From assembly GCA_963666055.2 (NCBI GenBank), contig CAXWPH010000014.1, positions 520,538 through 584,537 of the forward strand: 64,000 nt of DNA, given 5' to 3'. Source of the DNA: Acidobacteriota bacterium (GTDB lineage Bacteria; Acidobacteriota; UBA890; WLXD01). Both the position numbers and the translations under genes were made by a program. The notes below the pieces were generated by a model. The model saw only the letters and a list, made by a program, of their open reading frames with translations. It had not been told where the DNA came from and ran no database searches. Positions 57,985 to 64,000 of the stretch are shown one piece after another. The stretch's first letter is position 1. Each line of letters begins with the position of its first letter.

Positions 57985-60888
57985 ATGACGGCAAGAGAAC
58001 AACGAATCGACACGCTGAGGTTGGTCGCCCTGGTGGCGCTCACCGGCGCTCTGGTGTTTCTGGGCGTCGTCAGCTTCGTCAACCGCTTGATCTTCGAGGA
58101 GTCGACCGACGGGGTGGTGTGGCTGCAGAGCGAGCAACGGCTCATCGCCGAGTCGTTGGCGCCGGGCGGCCCGGGTGAGCGCGCCGGCCTCGTGGTTGGT
58201 GACGAGCTGTTGCAGATCGGCAACCTGCCGGTCCGGGTAGAGATTCGCGAGTGGGTCGAGAGTGTCGTGTTTTACCGAATCCCCGGCGACAGGCTCACCT
58301 ACCTGATCGACCGCGGCGGCCAGCGGTTCGAGATCCCCATCGAGATCGGCGGCCTGCCGGTCGACAACTACGCCTACTTCTATCTGTGCCTTGTCGGCGC
58401 CGCGACGCTGATTACAGGTGTGTTCGTGCTGATGCGTCGTCGGGAAGTCGAGGCCGGTTCCGGCGGCCAGCTTACCGGCGTAGCGGCACGCTTCTTCTGG
58501 CTCGCGGCGGCCTTCTACGCCGTGCTGGTGCTTTCGGTAACCCGCGATGGAGATCCCTTCTACAACACCATCTATTGGGTTGACCAGTTGGCGCGCAACG
58601 CACTGCCGGGGCTCTTCCTGTACTTCGCGTTGACGTTTCCGCGGCCCAAGACGCACTTCGTCGAGCATCGCGTCGCCTGGTTGACCGGCATCTTCGGGCC
58701 GGGAGTGCTGCTGTTTCTGTCGCACGGCACGTTGAACTTCGGTCGGGAGGCCATGCGGCTTTCCCCGCTTACTTTCTACCCCGCCGTGAATCTCCTCAGC
58801 AGCATCGGTCTTCTGTACATCGCCGTCTCGCTGGGGCTCGGCACCCTGCTCATCGCCCACAGCTACAAGATCACCGTCGCCCCGATCGAGCGCCGGCGTC
58901 TGACCTGGCTGGTCGGCGGCATGGCGGTCGGCCTGTTCCCGTTCGTTGCCGTGTACGTGCCGCTCTACGTGTTCGGCGTCAGACACCCATATCTCGACCT
59001 TACGGTGCTGCCGTTCGCCTTGATTCCCGTTTGTTTCGGCTACGCGGCCGTCGGCTTCCGACTGTGGGACGTCGAGGTGATTCTCAAGCGCGCTCTTGCC
59101 TACTCGATGGCGGCGCTTGCCGTGCTCGGCGTATACGTCGGTGCGGAATGGGCCATCCGCAACTTGCTGGAGGGCATCGATCTGCAGCTCGCACGGGCCG
59201 GGGCCTTCATTGCCACCTTGATCGTGGCGACCGCATTCGCGCCGTTGCGTGACTTGATCCAGGACGGTCTCGACAAGATCTACTACCGCGAGCGCTACCG
59301 TTCTCGCCGCGGCATCCTCGACTTCGCCCGCGACCTCAACACCGAGCTCGATCTCGGACAGGTCGTTGAATTACTCGTCCAGCGAGTGCGTCGGATGGTA
59401 GTCGTGGGGCGCATCGGTGTCTTGTTGCGCGAGGAAGACGGGCCGCGTCTGCGGCTGGTGATGGCGGACAGCACGTTCGGCGATGGGCCGCGCCTCTCAT
59501 CTGCGTTTTCCGAGTTTCTGTCGGCCGCGCTCACCAACCGCGATTTCATTTACGTCGAGGACATGTCGAGCCTCCTCGAGGAGTTTTCCCAGGACCGTGA
59601 GCTCCTGGCTGAAGAGGATCTGGCGTATTTTCTGCCGTTGATCGTCAAGGGAGAGGTGCTGGGGCTGTTGGCACTGGGTCGCACGCTCTCGGGAGACTAT
59701 CTGTCGTCGGAAGACCTGAAGGTCCTGCAGATGCTGACGTCGCACGCCGCGCTGGCTCTGGACAACGCTCTGCTGTACCAGCAGGCGCACGCCCGAGCCG
59801 AGGAACTCGAGCGTCTCAAGACCTTCAACGAGAACATCGTGCAGAGCATCAAGGTGGGGGTGATGGTGCTCGATACCAATGGCCGGGTGCGCTCCTGGAA
59901 CCATTCGCTCGAGGACATTAACGGTATCAAGGCGAACGAGGCGATACGCCGTCAGGTCGATGAACTGTTTCCTTCTAGCTTCATGTCGGCGCTTGACCAG
60001 GCACGTGAGCGGGTTGAGGGCGCCGGCGAGCCGATTGCATCGGCGTATCGTGTGGGGTTGCGCAGCCGCGACGGCGTCGACCGCGTCGTCAACATCACAG
60101 CCACGCCGTTGCGAGGTGATACCGGGCAGTTCGCCACCGTCGTCATCGTCGACGACGCTACCGACGCCACGGAACTGGAGTCGCAGCTTCGCCAGTCAGA
60201 CCGCCTGGCGTCGGTTGGTTTGCTGGCCGCGGGTGTGGCGCACGAGGTCAACACGCCGCTGGCCGGTATTTCGAGCTATGTGCAGATGTTGCAGCGGAAG
60301 TTGCCGGAGAATGATCCGCGGCGGCCGATCCTCGAGAAGATCGAGAAACAAACGTTCCGCGCCTCGAGCATCGTCAACAATTTGCTGAACTTCTCGCGTC
60401 AACAGGCGTCGGAGATGCAGCCTGTCGACATCAACGTGGTGGTCAACGAGACGCTGACACTCGCCGAGCTGCCGCTTTCGAAACGCAAGGTTCAGGTCGA
60501 GACGGTTCTCGACGAGACCCTGCCGCAGGTGTGGGGAGATCCAGGCAAGTTGCAGCAGGTTCTGATGAACCTGGTGCTGAACGCCCGCGATTCCATGCCG
60601 AGCGGCGGAAACTTGAATATCCGTACGGCAAGACAAAACGGCGAGATCGTTTTAGAGGTTGCGGACACGGGCGCCGGGATTCCGAAGGACCAGATCCACA
60701 AGATCTACGACCCGTTCTTCACCACCAAGGGAACCGGCAGGGGAACCGGGCTCGGCTTGTCGGTTACCTACGGCATCATCCAGGAGCACCGCGGCACGAT
60801 CACGGTTCGAAGCGAGTCGGGCAGCGGCACTTGCTTCCGAGTAGCCCTTCCTGTTGCTGCCGCAGCGCAGGCGCCGCGCGCCAGTTGA
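57985..60888 (+). CDS. Membrane sensor histidine kinase (PDZ, multi-TM, GAF, PAS, HisKA, HATPase)
   Basis: PGERAGLVVGDELLQIG, GVAHEVNTPL, QVLMNLVLNARD, DTGAGIP, PFFTTKGTGRGTGLGL. Confidence 0.93.
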   Translation: MTAREQRIDTLRLVALVALTGALVFLGVVSFVNRLIFEESTDGVVWLQSEQRLIAESLAPGGPGERAGLVVGDELLQIGNLPVRVEIREWVESVVFYRIPGDRLTYLIDRGGQRFEIPIEIGGLPVDNYAYFYLCLVGAATLITGVFVLMRRREVEAGSGGQLTGVAARFFWLAAAFYAVLVLSVTRDGDPFYNTIYWVDQLARNALPGLFLYFALTFPRPKTHFVEHRVAWLTGIFGPGVLLFLSHGTLNFGREAMRLSPLTFYPAVNLLSSIGLLYIAVSLGLGTLLIAHSYKITVAPIERRRLTWLVGGMAVGLFPFVAVYVPLYVFGVRHPYLDLTVLPFALIPVCFGYAAVGFRLWDVEVILKRALAYSMAALAVLGVYVGAEWAIRNLLEGIDLQLARAGAFIATLIVATAFAPLRDLIQDGLDKIYYRERYRSRRGILDFARDLNTELDLGQVVELLVQRVRRMVVVGRIGVLLREEDGPRLRLVMADSTFGDGPRLSSAFSEFLSAALTNRDFIYVEDMSSLLEEFSQDRELLAEEDLAYFLPLIVKGEVLGLLALGRTLSGDYLSSEDLKVLQMLTSHAALALDNALLYQQAHARAEELERLKTFNENIVQSIKVGVMVLDTNGRVRSWNHSLEDINGIKANEAIRRQVDELFPSSFMSALDQARERVEGAGEPIASAYRVGLRSRDGVDRVVNITATPLRGDTGQFATVVIVDDATDATELESQLRQSDRLASVGLLAAGVAHEVNTPLAGISSYVQMLQRKLPENDPRRPILEKIEKQTFRASSIVNNLLNFSRQQASEMQPVDINVVVNETLTLAELPLSKRKVQVETVLDETLPQVWGDPGKLQQVLMNLVLNARDSMPSGGNLNIRTARQNGEIVLEVADTGAGIPKDQIHKIYDPFFTTKGTGRGTGLGLSVTYGIIQEHRGTITVRSESGSGTCFRVALPVAAAAQAPRAS

Positions 60889-60966
60889 GCCGGCCGTGGG
60901 TGAAAGTGTGATGGGTCTGGTTGAGGCGAGGAGGGCGCAGATGCAAGGCGCTGTGACGGCCGGCTA

Positions 60967-62374
60967 ATGTCAGAGCTCGCGTCTATTCTCGTCATCGATG
61001 ACGAGGTCATCATGCAGGAGATTCTCAGTGAGTTCCTGCGTGAGGAAGGCTACGCCGTCGACGTGGCGGGCTCCGGTGAGGAGGGCACCGAATTCTTGCG
61101 CCAGCGCTTCTACGACTGCGCCATCGTCGACCTGATGATGCCGGGGATCGACGGCATCGAGACGATGCAGCAGCTGCGTCAAATCGACATCGGTCTGCCG
61201 GTGGTCATGGTGACGGCCTTCGCGTCGGTGGAATCGGCGGTCGAGGCGATGAAACAAGGCGCCTACGAGTACATCACCAAGCCGTTCAAGAACGACGAGG
61301 TCCTCGTCGTCCTGCAGAACGCAATTCGCACGCGGCAGCTCGAAGAAGAGGTCAAGAACCTCCGCAAGGCGCTCAAGGACAAGTATCGATTCGAGAACAT
61401 CGTCGGCAAGAACCGCCGCATGCAGGAGGTCTACGCGCTCGTCGAGCAGACAGCGCCGTCGCGCTCGACGATCTTGATCGCTGGCGAGAGCGGTACCGGC
61501 AAGGAGCTCATCGCCAAGGCGATTCACGCCAACAGCCCGCGCTCGGACAACCCGTTCGTGGTAGTGAACTCGGGGTCGATGCCGTCGGATCTCCTGGAAA
61601 GCAACCTGTTTGGGCACGTGAAGGGCGCCTTTACGGGCGCGGTTGCCAGCAAGAAGGGTCTTTTCGAGGCCGCCGACGGCGGCTCGATTTTCTTCGACGA
61701 GATCGGCAACATCGGCCTCGACGTGCAGGCAAAGCTGTTGCGGGTGATCCAGGAGAGGGAGTTCATGCGCCTCGGATCGGTTGAAACCGTCAAGGTGGAT
61801 GTGCGCATCATCGCCGCCACCAACGCCGACCTGAAGAAGCAGGTCGCCGAAGGGACTTTCCGTGAGGACCTCTACTACCGTATCGACGTGATCACGATCA
61901 CGTTGCCGCCGCTGCGCGAGAAGATCGACGACATCCCGTTGCTGGCCCAGCACTTCCTCGACAAGTATGGGCCTGAGAACAGCCGCGAAGACCTCCGGAT
62001 CAGCGAGGAGGCGCTCGAACTGTTAAGGACGCACGACTGGCCGGGCAACGTGCGTGAGCTCGAGAACGCCATCGAGCGTGCCGTCGTCCTGGCGCCGCCC
62101 AGCGGCGAGATAGGTGTCGGCCTGATCCGTGATTACATCGAGCCCGAGGGTTTCAACCTGGCCACGCCGACCATGACGGTGCCGCCTGAAGGGTTGCCGA
62201 TGAAGGACGTCGTACAGGAGTTCCAAAAGCAGCTCATCGTCGACGCGTTGCGCAAGACGTCCTGGGTTCAGAAGGAAGCCGCCAAGCTGCTCGACGTGAA
62301 GCCGACGACGTTGAACGAGATGATCAAGCGATATGGCCTCCGCCAAGAACGCGGGGGGCACGGGGGGTGCGTAA
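60967..62374 (+). CDS. Sigma54-dependent response regulator (NtrC family); 3' end uncertain
   Basis: ILVIDDE, DLMMPG, GESGTGKE, GHVKGAFTGA, FREDLYYR, WPGNVRELEN, HTH; ORF as read runs to 62748 through repeats. Confidence 0.9.
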
Positions 62375-62635
62375 AGAATGCGTCTGCGGCGTTGCGCTGC
62401 GCTCGGCCTCCTTCGCAGTACGATAAGTACTACTCAGTCGGCCTCGCTTGCGCGCCTTGCATCCACATCCTTTACGCGCCCCCCGGGGCGTTTGGTGTCT
62501 GCGGCGTTGCGCTTGCTCGGCCTCCTTCGCAGTACGATAAGTACTACTCAGTTGGCCTCGCTTGCGCGCCTTGCATCCACATCCTTTACGCGCCCCCCGG
62601 GGCGTTGGGTGTCTGCGGCGTTGCGCTTGCTCGGC
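62361..62635 (+). repeat. Tandem family A repeats: two 114-115-bp units plus a partial third
   Basis: GTCTGCGGCGTTGCGC at 62382, 62497 and 62611; core CTTCGCAGTAC-gataa-GTACTACTCAG nearly identical to the copy at 24050. Confidence 0.9.
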
Positions 62636-62639
62636 GCCG

Positions 62640-64000
62640 TCAGTCTTGGCGCAAGGCGACGACTGGATCGACGCGCGCGGCGCGGCGCGCTGGAATCCAT
62701 GCGGCGATCAATGCGGTGGATGCCAGCGTCATGGCAACGACCACGTAGGTCGCCGGATCCGTGGTGGCCACGCCGTAGACCAAACCGGAGAGCAATCGAC
62801 TCGCCGCGATGGCTACTACCAAGCCTACGGCCAGGCCGACACCGGTCATGATCAGGCCCTGGCCGAGGATCAGGCGGAACACGTCGTGGGGCCTCGGCGC
62901 CGAGCGCCATGCGAAGGCCGATCTCACGGGTTCTCTCGGCGGCGGAGTAGGCCACGACTCCATAGATCCCCAGAGTTGCGAGTACCAGAGCCAGGCCGGC
63001 GAACACGCCCACCAGAATCATGTTGAAGCGGGGTTGGGCAATCGACGTATCCATGAGCCCCGCCATTGTGCCGAGGTCCTCGATGGCAACCCCGTCGTTG
63101 ATCTCCCATATCAACGTGCGCACGGCGCCTACCACGAGGGTCGGGTTACCGTCCGTGCGCACGACGAAGTTCATGAAGTAGGGCACGGACTGGCCGTAGG
63201 GCACGTAAAACTCGGGTGGTGGCTGGCGGTCGATGCCGAGCTTGCGCGTGTTACCGACGACGCCCACCACTTCGGATGCCGGGCTCTCTGAGGACTCGTC
63301 GCCGCCCTCCCGCCCACCGATCACGATGGAGCGGCCGAGGGGCGTTTCATCAGGCCAGTAGCGGTTGGCGAACGCCTCGTTGATCACCACGACTGGAGGT
63401 CGTTGCCCGTCGTCGTCTTCGGTGAACACGCGGCCCTGCAGAACCGGAATGGCGAGGGCTCGAAAATAATCGGGGGTAACGACGTTGAACTGCGCCGAAG
63501 GCTCCTGGCCGGCGGCGGCAGGCGGAGTGCCTTCAATTGCGAACGTCGATGTCCAGTCGACGCCGCTGAGCGGCGGCGCGGTGTTGGCACCGGCAATCTC
63601 GACACCGGGCAGCGATGTGAGACCCTGCGAGACGTCGCGGTAGAAGCCGTGGCGGCCCGGCGCATCCGGGTACGCCGATGCGGGCGACAGCTGGAACGTC
63701 AACACACGCTGCGGATCGAATCCCATGTTCTCGCGCAACAGCATGTTGAAGCTGCGCAGCAGCAAACCCGCTCCCACGAGAAGCACCAGGGCAATGGCGA
63801 TCTCCGCAACCACGAGAACGGCACGAATCTGCCTGCCGCGCGCCGCCGGTGCGCGCCGAGGACTTCTTCAGCGTGCCCTGCAAGTCGCTGCGTGAGGCGT
63901 GGACCGCGGGAAGCAGGCCGAAGAGAACCCCGGTAATCAGCGACACGGCGATGCCGAACCCGAGCACGCGAGTGTCGAAGCTGATCTCGTCGAGGCGCGG
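62640..64000 (-). CDS. ABC permease, ADOP/MacB-FtsX family (5' end outside window; frameshifts near 63830 and 62895)
   Basis: [61 protein letters not shown]. Confidence 0.88.

Noticed and set aside
62361-62635. Tandem repeats as a CRISPR array
   Set aside because: Units are 114 bp and nearly identical along their length, with no unique spacers and no cas genes.

Overview
High-GC (about 65%, estimated by eye) bacterial chromosome segment, most likely Acidobacteriota (ADOP-type ABC permease, carboxypeptidase-regulatory-domain beta-barrel receptors). Scattered single-base frameshifts, including several in polA, look like long-read sequencing errors rather than gene decay. Housekeeping content: gltX, serS, polA, tRNA-Gln(CTG), tRNA-Ser(GCT), tRNA-Ser(TGA), a tesA/ybbA/ybbP-like locus, a surface-glycosylation cluster and a sigma54 two-component system. 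Main highlights: (1) an uninterrupted 2916-aa ORF (3654-12404) that fuses an entire acyl-CoA-to-quinone electron chain in one polypeptide: FixC/ETF-QO flavin domain, 4Fe-4S domain, a degenerate acyl-CoA dehydrogenase, an intact acyl-CoA dehydrogenase, ETF-beta and ETF-alpha; (2) two probable selenoproteins missed by the ORF track, each with an in-frame TGA in a UxxC motif followed by a SECIS-like hairpin: a glutaredoxin (15438-15674) and a thioredoxin-TPR-DsbD-N-like fusion (49768-51185) next to serS; (3) a quinohemoprotein amine dehydrogenase cluster (qhpG-A-D-C-B-F-E) whose gamma-subunit gene lacks its 5' half and carries an extra Cys; (4) a family of structured palindromic repeats with a fixed core and compensated outer stems, plus IS-end-like MITEs, several overlapping stop codons; (5) tandem CxxC-membrane-CxxC small proteins. 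All calls rest on motif recognition by eye; no database searches were run.
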